Origin: Schmidtea polychroa
Taxonomy: Eukaryota
Reading direction: 5' to 3'
DNA: 64,000 bases
Assembly: GCA_044892525.1 (NCBI GenBank)
Contig: CM097885.1
Location: 46,564,001 to 46,628,000 of the forward strand
This document shows positions 12,439-48,275 of this stretch, one piece after another. Under the pieces are notes generated by a model that ran no database searches, was not told the DNA's origin, and was given only the letters and a program-made list of their open reading frames with translations. A program made the position numbers and the translations under genes. Each line of letters starts with the position of its first letter. The first letter of the stretch is position 1.

Positions 12439-14439
12439 CTATTAAATCATAAGAGGAAAAGAAAACTATTTTCATGAGTAAGGTTTAATTATAATTATCA
12501 ATACAATGATCTACTAATAATTTACATAGGAATAATGATAAACCAAAAAATAAAATTTACATTGTCGTCCAAATTGTATTTCAGCTATTAGCAAAATGTT
12601 CTATTCGTAGAAAAATTTAATGATTGGAGTTCCACAAGGTATATTGATTGTCCAAACGAAATTGACCTGTAAGTTTTGAAATAACACTGAACAATCAATG
12701 ACTTATGTAGGTATTTATGTTATTTTCGTCGCGCTTTCATCTAATCAGGATTAAGCAATGTTGTGTTTTGTTTCTTTTTCCATTTTATTTTGTTTTTTAT
12801 GGTTATTTTCCTAACTTTTAATGCTTTTTCTACTTTATTAATTTCTTTTTATTTTTTCTAGAAACATTCTATTTTAATCTTGATGGATGTTCTATTTTTG
12901 TCTTATCTTGTTTTTATTGATTATTAATTTCCTACTTATTTCCTTTGACTTATTATTTTAGTTACCCATTTTTATTTTTTATTGTCTCATTAATTATTTT
13001 TAATTTTTTACTATCTGATTAATTATTGTCTTTAATTTTTCTATCATCTGATTGACTTTTCAGTGTTACCATTCCTACTTACAAAGTGTGAAAATCCTAT
13101 ACTCCACAAAAGTTACAGAAATTTGTAAATACATACTTGAACGTATTTTCCTTCTGGCCCAACAATATTGTAGTTTGTTATGTTAAATAAAAAATTATAA
13201 TTGTAGAAATAAAAAGAATTAAAATAGGAAATGATTAATCTTATCATAAAAAATGAATAATATTGTTATATCATTTTTATGATTTATATATCATTTAATG
13301 ACCCAGCTTCTATGGATCTTCTTCGTTTAGTTTGTGTCGTCAAAATTTTATAAAACTATGACCCTGGGCAAAAATTCGATGATGGTTATATATGTTATAT
13401 CATTATCAACACTAACTTCTCATTTCTCCTTCAGATGTCTAAGATCGATAGTCTAGGTAGATAAAATATCTTGTGATTAGAACACTATTCTGTCTTTGGA
13501 AGTTAGACTTCAGAATTTCACATTGACTGATGTAAGGCAAGCCATCGTTTATGGCTAATGATCACAATTTTTCTCATGTATATGCTTACTAGGAAAAATA
13601 TACTTAGCCAATAACAATCTTCGTAGAAGATTTAGGAATAAAATTATTAGAACAGGAAATAAAAAAAAAGATGCCTGCTCACATTTTTAAAAGTCACATT
13701 GAGTAACATGAAATCATGAAGACCATAACTAAACGAATAAGAACGAATTTATAATCAAAGAAATTAATGGATAATGATAAAGTGACGTAAGACGTTTATA
13801 GAAGAGTTGATGAGAAATCAATCAGCAACCCTGGAATATTTAAATAACACACCCCTTAGGCGCCAACATTATAATTTTTTCTTTCAAATCTTGACATAGC
13901 GGTTGCTCTGCAACCGTAATAAAAATCTTAATTCTGAGTAAGTTACCAGTCAATAAACTAATGAATAATAAATTAAGTCTTTCTCTATATTTTTGATCCA
14001 ATAATAAACAAAATTATGAAAATGTTTTTGATTTACAACACTTAAATTTTTTGGAATAGGAAAAAATTTTAATATATTCATTGTTAAAATCTCAAAAAGT
14101 GATGAGTAATTTGAAATTTGTTTAAAATATTTTTTTAAAATTTGAATTTTATGAAAATTTTATTTCACAATTGTTTTTAATAAAATATTTTTAATTTTTA
14201 AATATAATTTTCCGGGTTTTGTTTATATATACCATATTGCACAATGTTATAAGTATGTCTATAGTCATTCATTTTCTTTAAAATGCCAAAATTAATTATA
14301 TTTAATTCAATTTATTATCTTTTTCATATTTCTAATAAATATAAGTTACTCGTTTTAACTAAATTTCGCTATAAAATTTTCATTTATGTTTAAAATTTAT
14401 TTACAGTTCAAATATTATTTAAGCAATATTTAGTTTTAG

Positions 14440-36305
<21,866 letters not shown>

Positions 36306-36855
36306 AAAGAAACTAAAATAGTGTTGAGATGGTAAATATTGATTGACGGTGGATGTTATTGCATGATTATCTTCATTACAATGTGTAAATGTTGTAAATA
36401 CAGATTTATTGACCGCGGCTATTTGTTTTATTTTATTTATTATTTTTATCAATTATTGATTTTTAAACAATTTATTGAATATGATAATCTATTAAATTAT
36501 TATTATTGAATTATTGATTTTATAACAGATTTGAAATTTATTTCTTTGCAATCATAGATTAGTAGTATGGAATACAAATCCCGACATTTTAGAAATCCCG
36601 GGATCCCGAAATTTAATTAACCTTTTCTGATATCTGACCGCATATTGTGTCCGCCTATGACATTTTGTGGATGGTTCACTGTTTCTTCACTTTTATCATT
36701 TTTGAGTAAATATTATGAAGACAATGTCACTATATCAGTCTACTTATAAGTAAAATAGTACATGAATAAGGTTTCTAACAAATCTTATTATGTAAATTTA
36801 TAAAGGATTTTGACAAGGTATGTAATTTTATTATGTAAAAAATGAAACATTTTAA

Positions 36856-38666
36856 TTAATTTTATTAAAATAAGTCTTCAATAAACACAGTTTTGATAAT
36901 GTATCATCTCTGAGGCGTGATCTGATTTTTGTGAGGAATGAACCTCCAGCAGAAAACGCTCTATCGGCCTCTACACTGGTGGGAGGAACTCATCAATGCT
37001 TTGTGAAGAATTTAGAGAACTTTTCCACGTTGGCCAACAGTTCTAAGTAACTCGAGCTCCATTTGAATTGTTAAATTCATACGATTCGCACTGGTTGATG
37101 ACATCTTTTGATAACCAAAAGCAATGCGCTTGCTTGTTTTACAAGCTTGCTGTTTTGGATTGTTGATGGTGCCGAATCCAGAGGCACTATAGATGGCAAA
37201 AAATCGGTTTCAGCTCCAACTACTGTGACATTAAGTCTTTGCGCCAAGTTGAGCAATGTTACTTTCATCATGTTGACTTCGCTAACAGAATCTATTATGC
37301 CACCATTGGAAAGGCATATAACCGCAGAGGAAAGCAAACTATGTCTCTCATTCATGCGTTCCTTCAAACTCAATTCAAGTTGGAACCCCAAGGTATTGTT
37401 TTGCGATTGAAGCTCTTAGATTGCAAACTTCACAGCAATTTCGGCCATAACTAAGGTACATCTCTGTTCAGAAAGGGTTTTCACAACCAGCTCCAGTGGT
37501 TTCAGGGCAGTCGTGATTTCCTGCACCGTTCGTTTGTAAGTTGAATCTCCAGGCCTAAGCAGGCCAACGTCTTTTTCACCGGCTCTGTAATCTCTAGAAA
37601 TCTCTCCAGCATTGCAATTAAGAAATTCCATCTTGTTTTGACGTCCAAAACAAGGCATAGCTCTTTCCCAAGTTCTTTGGCAAATCTTTGCAATAAATCA
37701 TTCTTCACTGGACTTCTACGAATCAGCTTCACGATGTTACGTACTTTTTTGATGACAGAATTTAAAGAGCCAATATAAAATTCATTGGTGACTTCAACTG
37801 CATACATCAAAACCGGCATCTTCAACGTCATCGGTAGAATTCCAGTCATCATTACATTGGCTACTTTCACTCTGCTCTGGTTCTGGTGCCCAGACGAATG
37901 ATGTTTTTTGAGGTATAGAACATCGCAAACTGCTATCAAAAAGTTGGTGTTCGCAGCTCATCAATTTTCCAAATTTTTCCATGACTGAAGCAACATCAGT
38001 TGTACAGCAGATAACATCTGTTTTCATGTCCAGACCAAATTCAGATGCTCTTTGAACAACCATTTCTCTGCATAATTCAGCAGTCATCGATCCTTTGATA
38101 CGAGTGAGCCCTAGATGATGGACTGTTCTGTCCTACATGTGAACATTGATGTTTGCATATCGCTTGTTGTTGACACCAGTCCATTCATCTACTGTAAAAG
38201 AGATTTTTTCACCTTCCTGACGTCGTCGATGCAAATCCTCTTTTATTTGCAGTTCAATTTTCGGAGCGTAGTCCATTACTTTATGTCTAATCGTCACAGC
38301 CGATAGGGGAACGTCCAATCCTCTTGCTGCTAGTCCGGCCCGAATATCCTTCGAGGTTATGAAAACCTTGAATAAGAGTCCGTCTTTATCTGTCATGCGC
38401 GCTAGAATTTCATCAAGGGATGGCTTGGAAACTGAAAGATATTCAGTGATTACTGATAGTTCTTGATTCTTGCAGTTGGGCTCCTCCGAAACCTCGCTTT
38501 GAGAATGTGTGCCTACGTTCGTTTTCAAGTCAATTTGGTGAATGGTTCTAAGATGAGTTAAGAGGCCTTTGGTGGATCCACTTTTCATGTTAATCTTTTT
38601 GAAGCACTTCTTGCATTTTGCTTCGTCCCTATTTTCTTTGACAAAGTATTGCCAGGCTTTTGACAT
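36856..38666 (-). pseudogene. BED-finger hAT transposase, multiply frameshifted
   Basis: AWQYF..AKCKKC..STKGLLTHLRTIH (BED), TVDEWT, TTDVASVM, DVKTRWN and C-terminal PPTSVEADRAFS, spread over five or more frame segments. Confidence 0.9.
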
Positions 38667-38959
38667 GGAGGGCTGATATAGAATTTAAAATGCTAAAAAT
38701 TACGTAAAATAAAATTATAAAATTCTTGGTAAATTAAAATATAAAATAACTAAATATAATTATTTATTTCAAACTAAATAATGTATATTATTTTAATTAA
38801 ACAAAACTTTACCCTGCTTATTTATATATCCGATTCAAATATTTTAATAAATGTGTCAATTTTGATTTTTATTCCTATCTTTTGAAAGCATATTTCCTAA
38901 AATTTCTATATTATTTTAATTATTATTTTTTTTATAATTTTTTATTATCAGTTATTCTC

Positions 38960-39534
38960 AAGGTCAATGACAACAGATCAACAGATTTAATTGATTTCTT
39001 CTCTAGTGTTGATTTTTGGCCGTCTGTTTATAATGAGTATTGCTTCTTTGAATCTAACATTTTTTGGATGTTTCCATTGGCTACGATTTCGATTGAAATA
39101 TTTTTTCTTTCCTTCTTTGGTTGACATTGTTGGAGATGTCAGTGTACCGATGATTTTTAACCAGGATCTAAAGGTTCTTTAACTCTTTGGTGCAATGTCC
39201 TGAGTGTACTTCCAATGTAAATTTCCTTGCATACATTACACCTGATACAATTTTGTTTCTAAAGCACATATCTTTCTGTGTCTGGCAGTTTTCCATTGTG
39301 CAATTGTTTTCTTTTTTTGTGTTGTTTGCCAGAGCTTTTCTCAATGTCCAAGATTTATGTGCTATCCGAATTGGAAGACCGGTGCGTTTAAGTTCTTTCA
39401 GGATCTGGAAGTCGAGTATGTTAATAAGATTTACTACAAAAAATGTCATTTAATTAGATTTTATCATGTCTTCTGGCAGTCCTAATTGAAATAGGTTTTA
39501 ATGACATGTTCTCCAACGCTAGCTCCTTTATGGG
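38960..39534 (-). pseudogene. Penelope-like retroelement fragment (GIY-YIG endonuclease), decayed
   Basis: Minus strand gives a Cys-rich linker (CTMENC..MC) and, in a shifted frame, RCNVCKEIYIGSTLRTLHQRVKE..SSVH*HLQQC, typical of PLE GIY-YIG domains. Boundaries are approximate. Confidence 0.7.
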
Positions 39535-39849
39535 GTCTTTACTAGGCCTTGCAATACCGGATCAAATTTTCAAAACCGGTATTTCGGTATTTCATTATAT
39601 TAATACCGGGATCCCGGTATTAATACCGGTATTTAAGAAAAAACAAAAAAAAGCAAAACTTACACCGCAAAAAATAGAAAAAAAATATTTATAAAGAAAA
39701 TAAAATATTTAATTCAATAACGAATAATTCGAAACAATAAACTTTTTTTTTAAAGTGCCACAAAAGACAAAAAAATATAAAATAAAAAAGAGTAATAATA
39801 TAATTAATAATATATAAGAATAATAAGTCCTATGTCCTATTGTTGTGAA

Positions 39850-41850
39850 TCACACAACTTGCGATTTGCCTTTAAAATATGCCCTCAAAAATGTTAAACT
39901 ATCAAGAGTTTTGTCGCTTAAGCTGGATCGAAATTTTGTGCACAACAGCCCTGCTGCTGAAAAGGCTCTTTCGGACTCGACGCTAGTTGGTGGTATGGAC
40001 ATAAGGCAGTCATATACTAGTTGAAGATATTTTCCTCTAATATGTTCTACTTTGAAGTATGCTAGTTCCTGTTTTATAACTTTATAAAGTACTTTAGAAT
40101 TCATCGTTTTTGAAATTCCACTCGCAGTCTTCATCACATTAACTTTCTTGGAAATTGCCATTTCTAGTTTTTCTTTCATTGTCATCGAACTTAGAATTTC
40201 TGGCTCAGAATCAGCAGATAACTCAGAAACGTCGATGGAAGAGGCTCCTATGTTTTCAATATCGATGACATCGATAGTATATAAGCGTTCCAATAAATTT
40301 ATAATTATTTTTATAATTGTTGCGTTGTTAATTCGATTAAAAATTTCATTTTGGTCGTCATCTGCTGATTCAGTAGGATTGTGCAGGTATTGTAGTAGAC
40401 TCGATAAATCAGTACGCCTTTGTTTTATACGAATAATTAGTTCTTCTTTGAATTCATTACTTAAAGCAGTATTCTGTTCTGTCAATTGATTAAACATAAA
40501 TAGTAAAGCTGCATCTGCGCTAAGAAGAGTAGCATCTTGACGACAACAAGCTTCAACAGTTAATTTGATTGGAAGAAGAACTGAAATAACTGATGATGCT
40601 AAAGAAAAATCAATTTCCGAAAATGATATTTCGGCATTTAAATTTAAATCAATCAAAGCCTTTTGTATGCAGTTCTTTAACTGGACAAAGCGTTCTAGCA
40701 TGGCAAGTAAGCTATTCCAACCTGTTTTAGAATCTATAATTAAATTCAGTTCCTTTCCATATTGTTCTTTAACATGTTTCTGTAAAGCTTTATCATTTTT
40801 CATTAGCGAACGTCTGAATAGCTTCACAACCTTTCTTATTTTTTTAATCAATGGCCCTATCTGTTCATGAATAATTAAACAGTCAATTGCATTGTTTTCT
40901 TGAAGTATGGATAAACTATTATCATCAAGATCACTATCATTTTCATCACTTGTATACTGGTTATCATCTTCGTTACAATTAGAATGTTCATTTTCTAAAT
41001 TTTGGTGTATAATATTTATATATAAAACCTTAATGACAGCCAATTGAATTCCGTGAACTAAGCAAAGTTGTTTCCTTGCACAAATCAACTTTCCAACTTT
41101 GGTCATGACAGATGCACCATCGGTTGTAATGCACACAATGTGTTTATTTAAAGAAACTTGGAATAATTTAAGCCTTTCTTCAACGAGGGCAACACACTTT
41201 TCTGCAGGCAATGATCCTTTCACGCGAACTAATCCTAGGTTCCAGAATTTCTTGATGCCAGCATGAACATTTATATTTAAATAACGCCGGTTTTTTACCG
41301 ATGTCCATTCATCAAATGTAAGACTAAATCGTTGTCCCGAAAGAATTTGAGATTCTAACTCTTTAATCATATTTGCACGAATTTTTTCACTGTACTGCAC
41401 AACTAAATATTTTATAGAGTTTATAGATTTTGGTATATTTTCATACCCTCTGGCAGTTAAACCTTTTCTGATATCCACGGAAGTGCAAAATATGTTAAAC
41501 GACAAACCGTCACATGCCGTCATACGAGCTAAAACTGCAGACAAAGAATTGTCCGTTTCCGAAACGAAAAATGTTGTTATTTTCCCGCTAGAAACTTTGT
41601 TCACTTTAGAAGTTGATAGTTCTGGCTCAATTTCAATCAGAAGGTTGGAGCTTGGAGCATTCCTTTTTTTAAAATTAATTTGGTGGAGTGTCTTTAGGTG
41701 GGTATGCAAACCACTTGTACTACCTCATTGCGTCTTTATTACTTTGTTACACTTCTTACATTTTGAAATTTGTCCCTTTTTCTCACGAAGAAAATAGAAC
41801 CATACGGAATTTTCATCAGCTGATTTTTCCTCAAAAACATAGTTTTCCAT
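39850..41850 (-). pseudogene. BED-finger hAT transposase, 666 codons with a single premature TGA at codon 42
   Basis: ATG 41850 follows an acceptor-like TTTTTTTAG. VWFYF..SKCKKC..TQ*GSTSGLHTHLKTLH continues in frame into the 619-aa ORF with TFDEWT, TTDGASVM, CLVHGIQL and PPTSVESERAFS. Confidence 0.92.
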
Positions 41851-42164
41851 GGCTAAAAAAACAGCGTTTTAACTTTAAGTAAATTACAGAATTTTTTGAA
41901 TATTTGTACCCACTTATTAAAACGGCAGAAATCTTGCTATTCTTTATTATTATATATTATTTTTAATTTTTAAAAAACCAGCAGCAGTGCGCTATGATAG
42001 CGCCGCTATCTATATAAATATATAGAAAATAAAAATTTTACTTATACAATAATTAATTTTCACACTTTTAAATTACCTTTACCTATCTGCTATTTATCGA
42101 TTGAATTAATGATTATTAATTATAATTATGATTTTAAATATTTTTTAAGTTTTATATTATACAC

Positions 42165-42493
42165 CAGGGGTGCCCATAAGGTCGATCGCGATCTACCGGT
42201 AGATCGCGAAGGATTTTTTAGTAGATCTTCATATAAAAAATATTTTTTATATAAATTTAGATTTTATATAAAATTTCTGTTTTATGCTTAAATTTTTTGC
42301 CAATTTTCATGTTCTGTGTTCCATTTCTATGGTAATACTAAATAACATTTTTTAATTTTGATTTCACCATTTCCAAAATGTTATTTAGTTTAATTTAATT
42401 TTGTTAAATATTATGTAAGTATTAAAAAAGTAGATCGCATACACATTTTGGATGTGAATGTAGCTCTCCTAGAAAAATTAGTGGGCACCCCTG
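42165..42493. mobile_element. 329-bp hAT (Buster/Charlie-type) MITE
   Basis: Perfect 12-bp TIRs CAGGGGTGCCCA, 8-bp TSD TTATACAC, and an internal palindrome TCGCGATCTACCGGTAGATCGCGA. Confidence 0.93.
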
Positions 42494-43989
42494 TTATACA
42501 CAAATACAATTCTCTAAATTTTCAAAAACTTTACAACTGAACTAACTATTCTTTATAAAATAAAAAACATAGCTTCAATATTGAAAATTTGGAAAAATAG
42601 AAAACAATAATTTCCCATAGAAACGGCTTGCTATGTGAATTTGTGTCTTTTTTAGTATTTTTTTAGTATTAGAAAAATTAACGTACAAAAAGGCTCTTTC
42701 TTAATGTAAAGAAAAAACAAATTACTTCAGTAGGGCCACCTGTACGTAAATTTCAAAATTAGATTTAATCTTTAAACATGACAACACCTAAACATATGCT
42801 AATTACTTATAAAAAATAAAATAGTTAAATAAAAATGATATGAATGTTAACTTACAGCAAAAACATTTAATACCGGATACCGGTATTAAGTGGTCATTAA
42901 TACCGGTATTGAACGGTATTAAAAATGTCGGTAATACCGGGATCCCGGTATTGCAAGCCCTAGTCTTTACTTTTACTCGATAAGCGTTAGTGTATTAAAA
43001 CAAATTCAAATTCTTTTTAATAAAATTATTTTTTGGTTTAATTTTTATTATTTCTCATGGTGATTTTTTAATATTTAAACAATATTAAATTCGATCCTGT
43101 GATTAAATGTTTTAAATCCCGGGATTGGCTGACATGAGAAATAACTGAACCCTAATTAGTAGTAGGTAGCGAAATTATTGATTTTAACGATTATTGATTT
43201 TAAAATTTTTATTGATTTAAAAGTGCATTAATTTTTATTATTGGTTTTTGAAAATAATCAATATATTGAACAGCATAAGCTATTTTTATAATTATTAATA
43301 ATTTTAAAAACCTTTATATCAATCAATAAGTATCTGGGTTTACTTACTTGAGTTATCGTTTTGAAAAGAAATTATTTTTTAAAGGCGAAATAAATTTTAA
43401 AATATTTGTTCAATTAATGAGAAATAAAATACAAGAGTCCTTGAGGAGAATGTTATAAAGAGCGTAGTGGAAAGGATTAACAAATTTTTTAGACATTTTC
43501 AAGTGTATGGCCTATCAATTATTATTGACAATATCATTGAAAGTTAAGAAAATGATATTTATTTATGAACCTTCTCTTATACATTCATCGAGCAGATAAA
43601 AATCCAATGACAGATTTGACATATTTTTAGTTAGCTGGTTTATTTAGATAAATGCTTCTAATTGAATAAATTATGTTTTCTGTAATCATTTAGTCAATTG
43701 GAACATAGATTGTTAGATTTTATTTGGGCCCTAAATTCTCAATATCATTTCCCAGATTTCACAAGTTCTATTTGTTAAATCAGAATCAAAACTTTTTTTA
43801 GATATTAATTAATTAAATCTCCAAAATTTATTCTTAAAAAATTTTGCAACTGGATTAAACGAAGCTATTTGAAAAATCTAAAGTTTCGAATAATTATCAA
43901 AAATTAACTTTCTAAAAGATTAGCTAAAATAGATTATATTCGACACAAATAGGTATACACACATACAATGGATTACGCCATAGGTATAA

Positions 43990-46960
43990 AATTTTGTGTA
44001 TAAAGTAAAGATAAAACTTGGCCCCTGGCATTTTTATAACTATCATTGGCAACCAGGTAAAATACATGAGCATGTTTATATATAGCTATCAGCATCTATC
44101 AAGCGATAGTGAGAATATCCAGTAATTGTAATGCAATAATAAAAATAACACCCAAGTAATTACACCGGATACATATTTAAGACAATAGCGCACAATGAAG
44201 ATAATAAACTTAAGTTATACTCAGTAGACTAGACTAGAGAGTGACCATATATCCTTAAATCAAGTCAAACTGTACTAGAAAATTAACTGATGACGTTATA
44301 AATGCACTGATGGTATTCGTAAGAAATGTACCGGCATCGTGTGTTCACACGAATATTGAATATTGATGGATGTGACATCTTTAATTATTATCTCTATGTA
44401 ACATGCACAACTGTTTTTTTAAATATGACTCAACTAAATAGAACTATTTATAAAAGTATTTATATTTAAAAAAAATCTCAATAAAAAAATTGACATGTAT
44501 ATCCAACGAAGGGGAGAAACGGAAAGTTACACGGAAAAGAACCGTACGTTTAACAAGTAATGGAAACTGGGCTTTGTGTTTATAGTGTTAAATGATAAAC
44601 CTATTGCTTGATATGTCCAGAATCTGTCTCTATTTGGAAAAAAGTCAATATACAGAGACATTGCATTACTATGCTATCACATTATCTTAATGGCACAAAG
44701 TTGAAAGACAAAGTTACATTTGTTGAGGATACCTAAATAACAATTTATAAAGAAATAAATAAAATTACCTGGGGGAAGATCGCCATGACAAACAGGGCCA
44801 TCTATTGGAACTCAGAAAAGAAAACGGAAGTAAAAAGAAATTAAAAATGAGAAAGATAAAGGAAATAAAAGGAATCAAACAGGAAAATGAAAACCAAGGT
44901 CAGTACTAATTAATTAGTACAAAAATGAAAAGGAATTTTGAAATCGGGGAAAAAGGAAAACAACAATATCTTTATCTCGACAACTTGCCAGTGATAACAG
45001 AATTGATGGTAAAAGGCGGTCAAACAAAAAAGGGAAAATAACTTGACAGCTGTCAAAGATAAAAATGAGACAGTCGGGAAAAGCAGGAGAAGGAAAATGG
45101 AAAAACACTTGATTATCTGGAGTGCCACAAGAGAAGCGAAATATATAAGGGAAAACTGGTGGACAAGAAAGGAGAACGAAATTAGAGAAAAAAGTGACGC
45201 GAAATTGAGACAATTTGGAAGACGATTTGAGAGACGATTCGAGAGACGATTTGAGAGATAAAATTATTGGAGAAAATTAGACAATGTTGGACGAAACGTT
45301 GTTGGATAAACGAGTTGTGAAAAATAATTGTAAAGGAAATAATTGTAGAGGATAATTATTGGAGAAGAGTTGAAGAAAAGAATTAGTTGAAAAATAAAAC
45401 GAAAAGAAGTTATTTAATTATTTGAATAAAGTTGTGAAGAAGGTCAAAGAAAACAACCCGCTCAAAGTCCCAGTTGATAAACAAATCAGTAATTTGTGAT
45501 CTTTTAATCTGGTGTTATACACAAGTGCTATTCCTCACCGAGTGTTGTAATAAGCATTGTAAAGCCACCAAGTACAGTGTTGAATTTATTGCCAGTGTAA
45601 AGAGAAAGATTATTTGTGATTATCAATAAAGATTTCTGTTGTTAAGTGTTATTTGTGAATCGTATAAAGACCGCTTGGAGTCAGAGTAACATTTAAATTT
45701 ATCACCAACTCTATAACCCAACACATTCCTTTAAAAGATTTTGGATTGTCAGCCAAATTGTTTTCGTAGATAGATGAGCTTAAATGACTGTGCTGGGCAT
45801 CTTTAAAGATAAGCTGGATTTTAGCTAACAATTAGAAACTGTTTTCAGATAGTGATACTGTGAAGTTATGTTTTCAAGAAAGTGCAGATTCTTTGTTTAC
45901 TGAATTTAAGAATAAAGATGAGATAAAGAAACACATCAAATCTTCAAATATCTCACAAAACTGTTATAAGAAGTGTTGAAATGATGTCAGGTGATATATC
46001 GGAGCAGTTGATTTCTGATTTGACAAAAGCATCCGGTGTCATTGACGCATAGAAAGAGTTATGCGATGTCATTGACACAGAACAACTTATAATTTGGGTT
46101 AGATTTGACATTGAACATGAATTTAAATAAAAATTGTTGGCAATGGTTTAATTGAAAAATTCAAAATAGGGTAAAAATATAAAGAAGAGACTATGAGTGT
46201 ATAATAAGAAATGGCGTTGATACGAAAAAACCTCGTATCTGTTACCACCAATGGTGCCACAACAATGGTACGATTATAAGTTGGTTTAATTGGTGAGCTG
46301 ATGACAAATAAAGATTTCCAAGTTTCAAAGCATATCATTGTATCATTTACCAGCAATCATTCGAATACTCATTTTTCGAATAAGTATTTCATCATGGCAC
46401 CTAACATGCAGTTATTGGAAAGAGATGAAGGTGCAATAAAGCTTGAAATAATTGAAATTCAACATAATAAACACAAGAGTACACTGCTAACTGATTTCTT
46501 GGTGACCTGTTTATTCTATCGAATTTCCACATATATCAAAATGTTGTTAAAAGGTATTGACGATGATTTTGGAACCACTTATATTTTTGAAGCTGGATTT
46601 TCTACAATGATCAACATCAAGTCAAAGAAACGAAAGCTATTGACTGATGAACATTTGGAAGACCTTATGAGGGTATCAGTTACTGAATACAAACCGAAAA
46701 TAAAAAAAATTGCAAGCAGAATTAAAAACCAAACATCTCACTAAAACAACGTTGAATTTTTTATTTTTATTGAATTAATCTTGAGCACTGCCTAATAGTC
46801 TAAAACTCTAAACTTAAATATTTTAAATAATTTTTATTATAAATTTTATAAATTTCAGTGTAGTTTATTGATCATTGCATTTAAGTTTTGTATGTGGCCC
46901 TCGTCTTCAAAAGAAATTTGTTAGTTGCCCAATGTGTCAAACAGATTTCCGTGACCTACA
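43990..46960 (+). pseudogene. Decayed Buster/Charlie-type (GTF2IRD2/EPM2AIP1-like) hAT transposon, interrupted by a solo LTR
   Basis: N-terminal remnant NDKP.CLICPESVS..NIQRH (~44590-44660) and C-terminal FGTTYIFEAGFSTMINIKSKKR..LTDEHL..QTSH (to 46744). Boundaries are approximate. Confidence 0.8.
44721..45723 (+). mobile_element. Solo LTR (1003 bp)
   Basis: TGTTG...CAACA termini and a 4-bp TSD CATT. AATAAA near the 3' end. The empty site is visible in the sister hAT copy at ~57650-57670. Confidence 0.88.
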
Positions 46961-48275
46961 TAAAAGTACTAGGGAAAAATAATTTTTTGCTTACTATTTT
47001 TTCCTCAAGGTCAGGATGGGTCATATTCATCTAATGATACTGCCGTAACTAAAACATCTGATCACATATTATATTTTTGAAGTAAATAGAAATGACATTT
47101 CATCTTAAAATTTGCGCCCAACTAGTTTTGTGTTCTGTGCCACGTCACTACTAGGTTTCCTTGATCTGGTCTCGGAATCCGTATATTATGGACGCTTCAA
47201 CATGGTGGGATATTGCTGTTGGTTTCTTCAGCGGAAGCAAATACTTTCCACAAGCGAAATATAACAAATACTAAAACGTTTTTTTTGATGTGATGTAAAA
47301 TACTTTACTTAAGTAAGCTTTGATTTAAGTAACATTACCATTAAATCTAGAAATTTTGTCAGACTAAGTATCTTTATTAATCTTCATATTCACTTTTACA
47401 ATTTATAAGTGTCACCCTGGTTAATTCTGGTCATTATTGCGTCTGTTATTTTTATAAATCATTGTCCAAGCATTAAGAAAACAAAATTTCAGCTATACAG
47501 AGTAGATAAGCATTGAAAATTTTAGACCATAAGCATTTTTATTCAAATGATCTTAAAGGATTCAAATACTTAGCTTTTATCCTTTATCACCCTTGAATAG
47601 TTCTTACATCCTGGATACGATTTCATTTTAATTTATATATTTTATGCGATAACCAATGTCATGCTTGCCTTTTAAATAACTTACATTACACAAAACTCTA
47701 TTTAGATAGAAATACTTCAAATATATCAAGCATAAAATATTCTATAGGAAAAGTCAAAATATTTTTGAAAAAGAAATTATTCAAATTTTATGATATTGAA
47801 TGAATAAATGGAAATTTAAAAATAAACCTATTTCATTACTAAATATTATTCTTTAATGCACTTTGAATTTAAATTAAAATTATTCTTAATTATTAATTTA
47901 ATTTAATATTAAAAATTCTGAATAAAAATTATTTAATAAATAAAATAAATTATGAAAGTGCGAAAATTTTATATTTAACCATATGAATATAATTATTGCA
48001 ATAGAAGATAAATTTTAAAATTTCTTGAATTATGCAAATAAAGAATATTAGTTATGATTGTTAAATTTTCCATTAATATTATTTAAATTTAAATATTCAA
48101 TTTAAACAGTTGAAATTAACTTTCATTACATTTAAAATTAGGAATTCTAAATTTTTAAAAGTTCTAAGTTATTTTTATGTCTTTATATAAAATAAGCAAT
48201 GAATAAAAATATATAAAAAAAATTTTGATCAAATTTTATAAAATTCTGATTCTTGAGTTTGATTATAGCTGCTGA

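Larger units (their letters stand above)
39543..42962 (-). mobile_element. Younger hAT transposon nested in the outer hAT
   Basis: 18-bp TIRs TAGGsCTTGCAATACCGG with 1 mismatch, 8-bp TSD GTCTTTAC (39535-39542, 42963-42970), and subterminal ATACCGG/CCGGTAT repeats. Confidence 0.95.
36566..43154 (-). mobile_element. Old hAT transposon (outer element of the nest)
   Basis: 8-bp TSD ATTAGTAG (36558-36565, 43155-43162), with subterminal ATCCCGGGAT motifs at both ends and decayed TIRs. Confidence 0.75.

Noticed and set aside
40148..41882. Plus-strand ORFs over the hAT transposase (similarly over the other transposases and PHF20 exons)
   Set aside because: Antisense shadows of real coding frames.
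44285..44315. CTGATGA motif (also at ~58011 on the minus strand)
   Set aside because: No stem II or GAAA follows. It is part of the hAT 5' region.
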